Source of the DNA: Octopus bimaculoides
Taxonomy: Eukaryota
Direction of reading: 5' to 3'
Assembly (NCBI RefSeq): GCF_001194135.2
Contig: NC_068994.1
Location: 52,031,822 to 52,067,822 of the forward strand
Length of the DNA stretch: 36,001 nt
Both the position numbers and the translations under genes were made by a program. Below, one piece after another: positions 24,343 through 35,770 of this stretch. Position 1 is the first letter of the stretch. Every line of letters starts with the position of its first letter. The notes beneath the pieces were generated by a model. It saw only the letters and a program-made list of their open reading frames with translations. It ran no database searches and had not been told where the DNA came from.

Positions 24343-24595
24343 GCTCGGATACAAAGACTAAGTCAACATCTGATTTGAATGACAAAAAATTGAACGCCAC
24401 ATATAATCCATTCAAGTCTACACACAACTTAATCAGGCCTGAACGCCTTCCATTCCGTTTGATGTTATCTTGTGATACAATCTCAACGCTGCATTGTTGT
24501 TCAAATATGGTAACACACTTTCAGTCTTAAGCGCTGCAGATTGTGTGGCCGAGCTTTGAAGAGACCGGCCATATTGTACATGTGCATTTGTGACT
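24343..24595 (+). repeat. Local duplication, copy 1 (253-bp unique core)
   Basis: Gap-free alignment to 27266-27518 with 34 mismatches in 253 nt by hand count (about 87% identity). Confidence 0.95.
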
Positions 24596-24817
24596 ACATA
24601 CATATATATATATACACACATATATATATACATGCACACACATATATATGTATATAGATACATACATATACATATATATATATTACCCCCACAAACATGC
24701 ACAGACATATGCATACAAGTATATGACATGTACATATCTATATATACATACATGTCAGGATGTAATGCAATATTTATTAGCATTACTTTCTGACTCATCC
24801 TTGTATATGCAGATATA

Positions 24818-25052
24818 CCTATATTCCTCAACTATCGCGAGTGCTACGTTCCAAAACCTCCCGCGATAGGTGAAAATCCGCGAAGTAGAAACAGTACTGT
24901 ACTGTATAATAAAAAAAAAAATTTATAATTTGTATATATTTATTTTAACATAAATGCGAAACAGCACCATGGTGGAATCGAAGTAAGCTTCAATAATAAA
25001 CCGCGATAAGTGAACCGCGATAGGTGAATCGCTATATGGCGAGGGATTACTG
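24818..25052. mobile_element. pogo/Tigger-type MITE (about 235 bp) with TA target-site duplication
   Basis: The right end ...atatggcgagggattactg|TA gives a CAGTAATCCCTCG TIR. The left end TA|cctatattcctcaactatcgcg is degenerate. There are three subterminal CCGCGATA(A/G)GTGAA repeats. Confidence 0.6.
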
Positions 25053-25089
25053 TATACGTATACATATATATATATATATATATACACAT

Positions 25090-25470
25090 AGGCAAAGCTG
25101 TGACTGTGTGGTAAGAAACTTGCTTCCCAATCACATGGTTCCGGGTTCAGTCCCACTGCGTGGCACCTTGGGCAAGTGTCTTCTACTATCGCCTCGAGCC
25201 GACCCAAGCCTTGTGAGTGGATTTGGTAGACGGAAACTGAAAGAAGCCCGTCGTATATATATATATGTATATGTTTGTGCGTCTGTGTTTGTTCCTCACC
25301 ATCGCTTGACAACCGATGTTGGTATATTTACGTCCCCGTAACTTTGTGGTTCGGGAAAACAGACCGATAGAATAAGTACTAGACTTACAAAGAATAAATC
25401 CTGGCTTCGATTAGTCGCTGCTCCAGCCTAGCTGCAGTCAAATGATTGAAACAAATAAAAGAATAAACAG
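25090..25470 (+). mobile_element. SINE family A, full-length copy
   Basis: Colinear with 13361-13715: ggttcagtcccactgcgtggcaccttgggcaa...accgatagaataagtact...cttacaaagaataa...cagtcaaatga. Confidence 0.9.
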
Positions 25471-25559
25471 AATATGTATATATATATATATGTACATACG
25501 CATACACACACAAGCACACACACACACTCACACACACATATGTCTGTATGTATTTTACA

Positions 25560-26295
25560 CATGCATTACGGTATCAGCCAATAGTCCATACAAACATAGA
25601 CTGCAAGAACGCACTTATTTTCACGAATGGCATTGCGCCATGGAGACGTGGACATTAAACCGCTGAGAATAACGAAGTTCAGCGAAATGCTAAGTTTTAC
25701 GGCGTACATTAAAAATATCATTACAAGACAAGAATGAAAATGCATCCACGAATAACCGCGCAAGAAAATTTCTTCAGATGGCAAAGAATAATTACCAAGG
25801 TAATAAAAGACAGAAATGATTCGGGTTCGTAATAAAGCCATAAAAGTACGATATAGTGCTGAAGTTTTGCCAGTTTTAACCAAATTTCAGAGTACGTGAG
25901 AAACCATCTTAGAGTTGGACTTCTTAATTCCATGCCAACATGGAATTGCCACTCCCAGCAGAGGAGAGCATATTGTGTGATCGAATGGATTAGAGATATT
26001 CCAGCTGGTATGAGGGAACGAGTAGTTCTGAGATGAAAAATCGACTAAAGCAAAATCCGAGAGAAATCAGACGGCAAAAAAATAATCTCAAAGAGTACTT
26101 GAACAAATTCCTCCAAGAAACTAAACCAGACTAACCGCCGACGCCGGGATACATTTCGACAAATAACAGTTCTCTATTTGAGGGGGCTCTGATATTCCAA
26201 AACATTACTCAAAATGCTCGCCCTCAGATAGGGCCACTAAGTTAGACATGGCCAGGGGCCAATAATGGCGAAAACCTGTGTAAATTATCTGTAAC
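25560..26295 (+). pseudogene. Decayed 3' end of a non-LTR retrotransposon (CR1/L2-like ORF2 C-terminus plus 3' UTR)
   Basis: Fragments SQQRRAYCVIEW and LKEYLNKFLQETKPD*PPTPGYISTNNSSL resemble the SLQRRRxRY and FKxxLDKFLxxxPDxPxxPGY...NSL blocks of such LINEs. Many stops. Confidence 0.5.
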
Positions 26296-26354
26296 ATACA
26301 TACATGCATACGTATATACAAACTTATGTATTCATAGACATATACACACATATA

Positions 26355-26887
26355 CAGGGTGTCCCAAAAAGATGTACTCACTCTTTGACAGACAATTACT
26401 AATGTGATATACGGGCTTACCTCGATGCAACAAATCTAAATAAATGGATTGGGAGGAGAGGTAGCGTTGAATTTCCTGCACGTTCCCCAGACCTCACGCC
26501 AATAGATTTTTTTATGGGGACATCTCAAAAATAAGGTTTACGCTGCAAAACCAGTGACAATTGATGATTTGAAAAAGGAAATTCGAATACAATGTCTTGC
26601 AATTCCAAATGAAATGTTTGGAAATGTTGTCGAATCCATTGTTGGACGTTATCAGCTTTGTTTGGAAAATGAAGGAAGGCAGTTTGAACGTTTACGAACA
26701 CGCAAGAATGAGAGATAACATTAAATAATTCTAAATGACAATAAATAATCGTTTCTATAATAATTTATTTTACTGAATTTAATTTAACTTTTTAGGATTG
26801 TGTGTATATCAATAAACATCTACTTGAACACAAAATGCAGGAGTACTGGGAAGTCAAAAAGTGAGTACATCTATTTTGGACATCCTG
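26355..26887 (+). mobile_element. Internally deleted Tc1/mariner-superfamily (DDD-type) DNA transposon, 533 bp
   Basis: 35-bp TIRs at 26355-26389 and 26853-26887 (31/35 identical) with TA on both flanks. 26412-26718 encodes RAYLDATNLNKWIGRRGSVEFPARSPDLTPIDFF/WGHLKNKVYAAKPVTIDDLKKEI...CLENEGRQFERL, with one frameshift at about 26513. Confidence 0.92.
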
Positions 26888-26956
26888 TATGTATGCATGT
26901 ACGTAAATATATATATACATATACCATATATATATTCATAAGCAATCATATATACG

Positions 26957-27005
<49 letters not shown>

Positions 27006-27265
27006 GTCTGTCTGTCTGTCTGTCTGTCTTCTGCCTGCTTGACTGCCAGCCTGTCTGCCTGCTTAACTGCCAGCCTGTCTGCCCGTGTGTCTGTGTGACT
27101 GTCTGTCAGTTTATATACATATATATGTATCTATATGCTGACACACATGATTGCTCGAATATTTATGTGTGAACATGCGCGCGCGCGCGCGTGTTAGTGT
27201 GCGTATATGCTTTTATGTGTGCACGCGCGCGTGTAGGTGCAGATAAAAGTACGCACACTGGTTGC

Positions 27266-27513
27266 GCTCGAATACAAAGACTAAGCCAATATCCGATTTG
27301 AATGACAAAAGATTGAACACCATACATAATCCATTCAAGTCTACATACACCTTAACCATGCATGAACGCCTTCCATTCTGTTTGATGTGATCTTGTAATA
27401 TAATCTCAACAGTTCACTGTTGTTCACATATGGTAACACACATTCGGTCTTAAGCGCTGCAGATCGTGTAGCTGAACTTTAATGAGGCCTGTCATATTGT
27501 ACGTGTGCATTTG

Positions 27514-27518
<5 letters not shown>
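27266..27518 (+). repeat. Local duplication, copy 2
   Basis: See 24343-24595. A further shared block lies at 24753-24814 versus 27777-27838. Confidence 0.95.
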
Positions 27519-27570
<52 letters not shown>

Positions 27571-27659
27571 TCTCACCTATATGTATGTACATATATATAT
27601 ATATATATGCCTATATATACATGTACATGACATGTATATGTATATCTATCTATCTATCA

Positions 27660-27720
<61 letters not shown>

Positions 27721-28099
27721 CTTATCTATCTATCTATCTATCTATCTATAAATGTATACATATATATTGGAAAGTACGTCAGAAAGTGATGCAATTTTCA
27801 TTTGTTTTAATTCCTCACTCGTCCTTGTATATGCAGACATTAAAGTATACATACATACATAGGGGGAGAATTCACAAGAAAAAAGACGACGCACGCACGC
27901 ACGCGCGCGCGCACACACACGCACACACGCACATACACACACACGCACACACACACACACACGCACACACACACATACACACACACACAAATTGAAACAA
28001 GGATAACTCAGCAGAGTTTATTGGCAAAGAAATAATGCTATAATACAAATATCGGAACGCTTCCACCTGAGCCCCAATAGTTGCACGAAGAACATCAGG

Positions 28100-28177
28100 C
28101 GGGTAGTCATGATGGGTATACTGGGCTTCGTATAATTTACCCCAGTGTCAATTTGTTGGCATGCACTGCTCTCTCAC

Positions 28178-28252
<75 letters not shown>
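28100..28252 (+). mobile_element. 3' end of a retroposon with an (AAT)n tail
   Basis: gggtagtcatgatgggtatactgggcttcgtat...cccagtgtca...gcatgcactgctctctcac runs directly into about 25 AAT units, the usual geometry of a retroposon 3' end. The family is recalled from octopus DNA. Confidence 0.55.
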
Positions 28253-28254
<2 letters not shown>

Positions 28255-28620
28255 CAACGCCCAAACCAATCGATCAATAAACATCTATTTCAACCATGTA
28301 TAAAATACTAACATCCGTCATTATTGAATAAACATATACCTTTCTGATGGATAAAAGTTATTCCCCAACAAAGGAAAATGTTGTAAACTGGAACGTGGCA
28401 CGTATGGACGTAAAGACCAACTTTTAATCGATAAAATGGGTTTTTGCGAACTGCCTTAAATGATACAAAAATCTTCCTTTGCAAAAAACAAGAAACAAAA
28501 GCAAAAAATCGTTCAATGGCCTTCCTCAAATTTGGATTTAGAAATACTTGAAAATCCTTAAAATCGCCTTGGTTATTGGTAATTTTTTTATACAATAGTA
28601 TGAACCTCTGGGCAATTCAC

Positions 28621-28683
28621 CATCTTTGATAAACGTTTCAACCGCAAACGCACTTTCTACACCAATCCAAATCATGATGGCAA
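28621..28683 (-). CDS. Candidate 63-nt symmetric (phase 1-1) exon: xAIMIWIGVESAFAVETFIKD
   Basis: Acceptor ctttatcgtattttaAG, donor GATG|GTGAAT and an open frame; phase-compatible with the 11474 candidate. Unconfirmed. Confidence 0.2.
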
Positions 28684-29185
28684 CTTAAAATACGATAAAG
28701 CATTAATTAAATGAAGATGCCATTACCATCCGCCTACCTTCACTAGCACTACATCAATGACCATAAAAAAGAAAAAAAAAAAGAAATGAAAGGTTGTTTT
28801 TTTTCAGTCGCATCCTGTACTTGTGAGAAATATTTTAACTCATTCTTTGAACTAAAGAAAGTCAATTTCTTTGAACTGAAAAAATTCCCCAAATGCACTG
28901 AAAAAGCCTGTGTTTCGTGATCATTTCTAAAAAAAAAAAGAAAAAAAAATAGCAAGTACAATTCTGTAGAAAGGAAACCGTATTCGTTGTCAGCCAAAGA
29001 TGTCTTCCATTGATTGATAGGGACGGTTAACGATGACTTTCAGTCAGATAATTACGTCATTATTATATAAAAATACTCAGTTTAATTTTATTAATTAATT
29101 TAATTATTCAACTTATGATTATTGCATTGAAATAATCTCTCTCTGTGTCTATCTATCTGTCTGTCTGCTTATCTATCTGTCTATA

Positions 29186-29236
<51 letters not shown>

Positions 29237-29239
29237 TTA

Positions 29240-29316
<77 letters not shown>

Positions 29317-30758
29317 TAACGATATGCGAAAAGTCACCGTAACAGATAAGTAGAGATTGTTCAAACAATCGAATTATTATCTATGTGGTCCCTCGACGAA
29401 CTAGAAATAATAACCGCATTTCCCTCAAACCCAAACCTGCTCTCTTCTAGAACAGAACACATTAGAAAATTTAGTCCTACGCACAAGTAAAATGACGACA
29501 GGATGGTCGTATCATAATCTTAATAATGGGTCTGTTATTGGAGTTTTAACTGAGAACTAAATAGTAAGAAGAAGAATAATAGCAGTAGCAGCAGCAACAG
29601 CAGCAACAGCGGCAGCAATGACGAAAGCGATAATGAGACTTCAGCATTTGTAATGACGTTTAGTTGTTGATTGCTGATTAGAATTGCTTGGCGATTGTAC
29701 TTTCGTTTGTTTGCTATGCGTGTCTGTGTTTTGGTAATGAGGCACAAGAAGCGATTGTCAAGTCTCCTAATTCGACTTTTGTATATATTTGAATAGGATC
29801 GACAATCAGTCAGTCACTAAAAGTAATATGTAATCGACTCTTTCTGGACAAACGCAGAACACATTCGCAGTTTTATTGGATAAAATAAAATAAAATAAAA
29901 TGAAATGAAATGAATGAAAACTGCGAATAGCATCAATTCATGCGTTAAGTTATAAATTTCTGTCGAAATAATGCATTCCTGTCAGTGTACATATGACATA
30001 TAGGTTAGTTTCCGGTCAACATTTGAACTTCCTGCAATTTTCAGAAACGAGAGATCTTTAACATCTATTAGACGGGTGAGATCACCGGAGGACAGAGAGT
30101 TATTCATTTTAGATGACTAAATAGGTATGCGATAAGGCAATGTTCGCTCATGCACGTTCGATCGATGGCTATTGTCTACACAACCGTACTGGAAATTGAT
30201 TGTAAGTTGTGTCATTTGACGACAAAAAAAAAATAAAAGAAAAAATAAACAGAAGCAAAATAAAACAAACTAACATATACAACACTTGCAAAATGTTAAT
30301 AGCTTTTTCGTCCACTCGGCTGCTTCTGTTGTAAGAGAAGAAGCATTACTATAAAAACTAATGACAGTTTTCGTTTCATTGAAGTGTTTGTTGATCTCAA
30401 CTTCTCCTGTATATCTCTGGCAACGGACCCAAGCCGGGCTAATAATCACCCTATCGATTATTTAGTTTTGATCACTAAATAGATATTTGGCGACGAAAAT
30501 TTGAATAATGCACGTTCGCTCATGATTGTCTTCTAAATACATTATTAGTCTTCTTCTTCTTTTATATATATATATATATATATATATCTATCTATATATA
30601 TATATATATATATACACGTTTATCTGTATAAATATATATATGTATATATATACATATATACGTTTATCTGTATAGAAGTATGTATATATATATATACCTT
30701 TATCTGTATAAATGTATATATGTATATACCTATGTATCACACACACACTCTCTCTCTG

Positions 30759-30822
<64 letters not shown>

Positions 30823-31107
30823 CCTGACTGTCTGTCTGCCCCTTTGTCTGTCTGTCTCTTTCTCTCTCCCTCCCCTCACTCTTTTTGTCTCTCTTTCTCT
30901 CTCTTTCTCTATTTCTTTCTCCCTCTTCTCTCTCTATATATATATGTATGTATGTGTGTATGTATGTATGTATGTATCAGTATGGAACATGCAGAAATGC
31001 GTCGAATTAAAGGATTTACAGCATAATATTTCGATCCACTCTCTATTCTATCTTCATATCTCAGTCAGATAATCTTTGCCTTTTCTCCATCCTATTCACT
31101 CCCTTTC

Positions 31108-31205
31108 TATCCATCCATCCATCCATTCATCCATCCATCCATCCATCCATCCATCCATCCATCCATCCAGCCATTCATGTCTCCATTCATTCATCCGTCC
31201 ATCCA
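31108..31205. repeat. (TCCA)n microsatellite
   Basis: Directly visible. Confidence 0.95.
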
Positions 31206-32938
31206 CATTCAATGATGTACTAGACAGCTATTGGAATCAATTGAATCGACCAGAGACAGCCTCTCCAAAATTTGTGGTCTTTTGTCAGTGTGAGAAATTA
31301 TGTTATTATAATTGTCATTAACAAAATCCATTTTCAATGGTTTTGCTTCAATGCTCGTAAAATAAACAGCAGCAAAAAAAAGTCCCAATCCCTCTTCTTT
31401 AATGCTCTGACCGCTTAGTAAGGTTCAGTGAAGTGTAAAGGACTTACACTAATTGCATTAAGTCTCTTAAGTGATTATACAAAATAGTCGCCCAAAAATG
31501 GTGGATTTTATTGGTGAAATATCAATGTGTAGAGACACAACAGATAAAAATTAAAACGTCGATTCACTTAAAGATAGGGTACGGCTCATAAAATTTATCA
31601 ATTAGTTTTCTTAATTAATGAATTAGTTAGTTCAAAAGATGACACATGTGAAGTTCTGAAGGAGGATATGATAATAAAAATAAAGTTAATCCTAGAGAGG
31701 ATTCCAATTTAGAAGATGGAGGGGCCAACAAGGAATACTAATGAAGCGTTTCCATAATTGCTGTTTTACTATGTCAAAATGTGAATTAACACCGAGGCAA
31801 TGCAGAAATAGGGATAGAGGATGTTTATGCTTTTTATCAAAGCCATTACTGACATAAAATCGAATGATTTCAAAGGAAGATCGAAACAACATCGTAGTCT
31901 CACCTCACTTCACTATAAACTTGAACCTTGCCCCAACACAACTACTAAATTATTCTCGTTACTTAAATATTTGCGTTTCGGCGGACCAGAGACCCTGTGA
32001 CGTTCGAATCTGGCAGAACTTATTAAGAATGGCTATATATGCCATTGTTCTGATTCTCGCGGATCATTGTGCACACGATGATTTATTATCCGCAGGCACC
32101 AGAAAATAATTTGCTTTCTCAATTCATAAACAAGAGCCAAAAATTCTTGTTAGTTCATTAGCTTGTTGTAGCTTTGGCTGAGGTGACATAACAAGGTGGA
32201 AACGCTAAGTATCTCAGTCCTTTTACTCCAATGAATCGAGAATGTTTAGAAAACATTCAGCTGAAAAGGGAAGTTGTTCTCCAATGAAGAAATACGACAG
32301 AGTTCGACTCTTCCGAAACGTATTAAGACTGAATATTAATGTCATCGTAGAACCTTCAGTATTATCCCTGAAAGTATTATGGATATACGTTGAGCTGATG
32401 TCACCATAATCCATGGGCGCTTATATCGCAGTGGTAGAGACAGGCAATAACTACAACATCGAACAAACTCACATTGGATCAAATACTGTACGTGAGTCCA
32501 AAGAAGATGCGACGGCGATGCTCTGACATGGCCAGACTCGGATGGATAAAGCAAGTAAAGTCAGAGAATAACAAAATAAAAGATCACGTAAATAATTACG
32601 ATAGTCCAGAGAATAAATATATGCATAATAATTAGCTTTGATTAAATACAATTCGAATGTACCTTGTCAGAATAGCTCCGCATTGGCAACGGAGCATTTT
32701 GCATACTGCGTGGAGTGTGAGGAGGTTTTCTTGCTTCTAGAGGGTCTTTTGTTGGATAATGTATGCAGGATTTTAGCTCGGAAGATATTTTCTTACTAAA
32801 TTATGTTAATGAAATATCGAGAAAAGAATAATCGATGGAACATAAAGAAGGAACGCAAAAGGAAATGTAGGAAGAGAAAAAGGGTGAAGATGAACAGAGT
32901 GAGTGAGAGAGATAAAGACAGAAAATGAAGGAGAGTGG

Positions 32939-32939
<1 letters not shown>

Positions 32940-32985
<46 letters not shown>

Positions 32986-33128
32986 NNNNNNNNNNAGAGA
33001 GAAAGAGAGAGAGAGAAAGAGAGAAAGAGAGAAAGAGAGAGAGAGTGAGGGAGAGAGAAAGAGAGAGAGGGGAAAATAAAGATAGAGATTGTGTGTTGGA
33101 GAAGGGGCGAGAGTGAGAGAGAGAGGGA

Positions 33129-33176
<48 letters not shown>

Positions 33177-33180
33177 AAGA
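32940..33180. repeat. (GA)n polypurine tract
   Basis: Directly visible. Confidence 0.95.
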
Positions 33181-33948
33181 GCGCCAAGTGGAAGCAAAAA
33201 GATTTTAAAAAACAGAGATAAGAAAACAAGAAGCAACTCCATCAGCATACAAGGTGTGTGTGATTAGAAAAATTCCTATTTCAAGACTGAAAGTAGAAGT
33301 GGAATTAATGAAAGTAAAAAAAAAATTGATAACAATATTGATAAATATAAAGTTGAAACAGGCGGAGTAGAGAAACTCACTATATATNNNNNNNNNNNNN
33401 NNNNNNNNNNNNNNNNNNNNNNNNNNNNNNNNNNNNNNNNNNNNNNNNNNNNNNNNNNNNNNNNNNNNNNNNNNNNNNNNNNNNNNNNNNNNNNNNNNNN
33501 NNNNNNNNNNNNNNNNNNNNNNNNNNNNNNNNNNNNNNNNNNNNNNNNNNNNNNNNNNNNNNNNNNNNNNNNNNNNNNNTATACATAGGTGTGTGCGTAT
33601 ATATTTATATCTATATATAGATATGTTTATATATACATGTATTTTTTACGTGTAAATATATGTATATATAAATATATATTTACATTTATATACAGGGGAG
33701 GAAATCAGGGAATGAGGTAAAGAGAACTTTTGAGACGACAAGGGACTAGCAACGTTAGATCTGCGGACGAAGATGGAGAGGACAAGAAGTTTCGGTTAAG
33801 TTCAACTCTCTAAAGGTAAGAAAAGGGAATAAATAAATAAATAAATGGATCAACTATAAAGATCATGTTTGCCCGATACGTTCTCAACTCATACACGCGC
33901 ACGCATATCAATGTCAGCTTCAATGTGTGTATGCATGTGTGTGTGTAG

Positions 33949-34024
<76 letters not shown>

Positions 34025-34691
34025 NNNNNNNNNNNNNNNNNNNNNNNNNNNNNNNNNNNNNNNNNNNNNNNNNNNNNNNNNNNNNNNNNNNNNNNNNNNN
34101 NNNNNNNNNNNNNNNNNNNNNNNNNNNNNNNNNNNNNNNNNNNNNNNNNNNNNNNNNNNNNNNNNNNNNNNNNNNNNNNNNNNNNNNNNNNNNNNNNNNN
34201 NNNNNNNNNNNNNNNNNNNNNNNNNNNNNNNNNNNNNNNNNNNNNNNNNNNNNNNNNNNNNNNNNNNNNNNNNNNNNNNNNNNNNNNNNNNNNNNNNNNN
34301 NNNNNNNNNNNNNNNNNNNNNNNNNNNNNNNNNNNNNNNNNNNNNNNNNNNNNNNNNNNNNNNNNNNNNNNNNNNNNNNNNNNNNNNNNNNNNNNNNNNN
34401 NNNNNNNNNNNNNNNNNNNNNNNNNNNNNNNNNNNNNNNNNNNNNNNNNNNNNNNNNNNNNNNNNNNNNNNNNNNNNNNNNNNNNNNNNNNNNNNNNNNN
34501 NNNNNNNNNNNNNNNNNNNNNNNNNNNNNNNNNNNNNNNNNNNNNNNNNNNNNNNNNNNNNNNNNNNNNNNNNNNNNNNNNNNNNNNNNNNNNNNNNNNN
34601 NNNNNNNNNNNNNNNNNNNNNNNNNNNNNNNNNNNNNNNNNNNNNNNNNNNNNNNNNNNNNNNNNNNNNNNNNNNNNNNNNNNNNNNNNNN

Positions 34692-34732
<41 letters not shown>

Positions 34733-35577
34733 ATATATCCGCACTCATACACATATATCCACCCACACGAACTCATTATATACATATATACATACATGTA
34801 TACTTATATACGTATTTACATATACACATACATGCATACGTACATACATGTATATATGTATACATATACAACCATATGTATATATAATTACGCACACACA
34901 CATGCAAACACNNNNNNNNNNNNNNNNNNNNNNNNNNNNNNNNNNNNNNNNNNNNNNNNNNNNNNNNNNNNNNNNNNNNNNNNNNNNNNNNNNNNNNNNN
35001 NNNNNNNNNNNTGTGTGGCTAATAAAAGAAATGTATCTATCCATTTACGATCTCTCTGTCTGTGTATATATCTAAGTATCTAACTACTTGTCTGTATATG
35101 TACATACGCATGTATCTATTTGTCTATCCAGTCATCTATATATTCATTCACTTAACTTATACTTTACGATACTCCATTACCACCAGTTCATATAGACACA
35201 TATCCTCTCTTTCCATCTATGCGTGCAACCCTGCATATGCATATGCGCGTGTTTGTATGTTTGCGATCTCCTGTATGAATGTCTGTATGTGAACAAGTAT
35301 ACTAGAGGCGTTGCCCCAGCATAGCCGTAGGTGCAATGTATGAATCAATTATTAGAATACTCAAAAACGCAACTATATAAATTTCATAAACGATTCTAAA
35401 TGACAATTATATACACTCCTTGATTTAAATGAGAAAATGACTACCATTACTTTAATTGTCGTTCTATTTCTAAGTGAATTACCAGCTACACACACACATG
35501 CATGCGCATACGCACACCTACGCATACATATCATCCCCGCCTACACACATACACAAAATGTATATATGAATGTAAGC

Positions 35578-35604
<27 letters not shown>

Positions 35605-35608
<4 letters not shown>

Positions 35609-35770
35609 GAGAATATACAAATAATAACAACAGACGAGGACAGGTGGTGTAAATAACAAAAGTATATATTAGTATGACGCTCGGGAATACGGAAAGTCTT
35701 TGACGTTTCGAGCTACGCTCTTCAACAGAAAGAATACGGAGACAAGGAGATAAACACGGAGAAAATGCGT
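35605..35770 (-). mobile_element. Penelope-type terminal repeat (pLTR-like) fragment
   Basis: Contains the CGAAACGT hammerhead-like motif typical of Penelope termini and resembles a repeat I recall from octopus DNA. No coding part is present. Confidence 0.55.
35697..35733 (-). ncRNA. Minimal type-I hammerhead-ribozyme-like motif with a variant core
   Basis: Minus strand UCUUU-CUGUUGA-A-GAGC(GUA)GCUC-GAA-ACGU-C^AAAGA: 5-bp stem I, 4-bp stem II, palindromic ACGU stem III and a GUC cleavage triplet. The core deviates from CUGANGA. Confidence 0.5.

Noticed and set aside
27175-27235. (CG)n / (CA)n alternating tract with Z-DNA potential
   Set aside because: Real but short, and ordinary for a microsatellite-rich genome; nothing links it to function.
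30255-30450. About 63-codon open frame on the minus strand (...GEVEINKHFNETKTVISFYSNASSLTTEAAEWTKKLLTFCKCCIC*)
   Set aside because: Splice signals are weak, no homolog is recognised, and the length is within chance expectation for this window.
32284-32322. Third hammerhead-like string ATGAAGA...AGAGTTCGACTCT..GAAACGTA on the plus strand
   Set aside because: C3 is missing, the stem II junctions are unpaired and no stem I can form.
31700-32800. Unique-looking region with several 60-80 aa ORFs, an RPxDYGDI-like string (minus, about 32400-32425) and GTGAGT donors on both strands
   Set aside because: No consistent frame or recognisable domain; at best a very old LINE relic, too weak to call.
33690-33822. 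Plus-strand acceptor and AAG|GTAAGA donor pair
   Set aside because: All three frames between them contain stops.
579-35083. All long ORF-track entries (200-680 aa), poly-X ORFs and YI/HT/LSIY/poly-amino-acid ORFs
   Set aside because: They are read-through of N gaps or of di-, tri- and tetranucleotide microsatellites, with no protein-like content.
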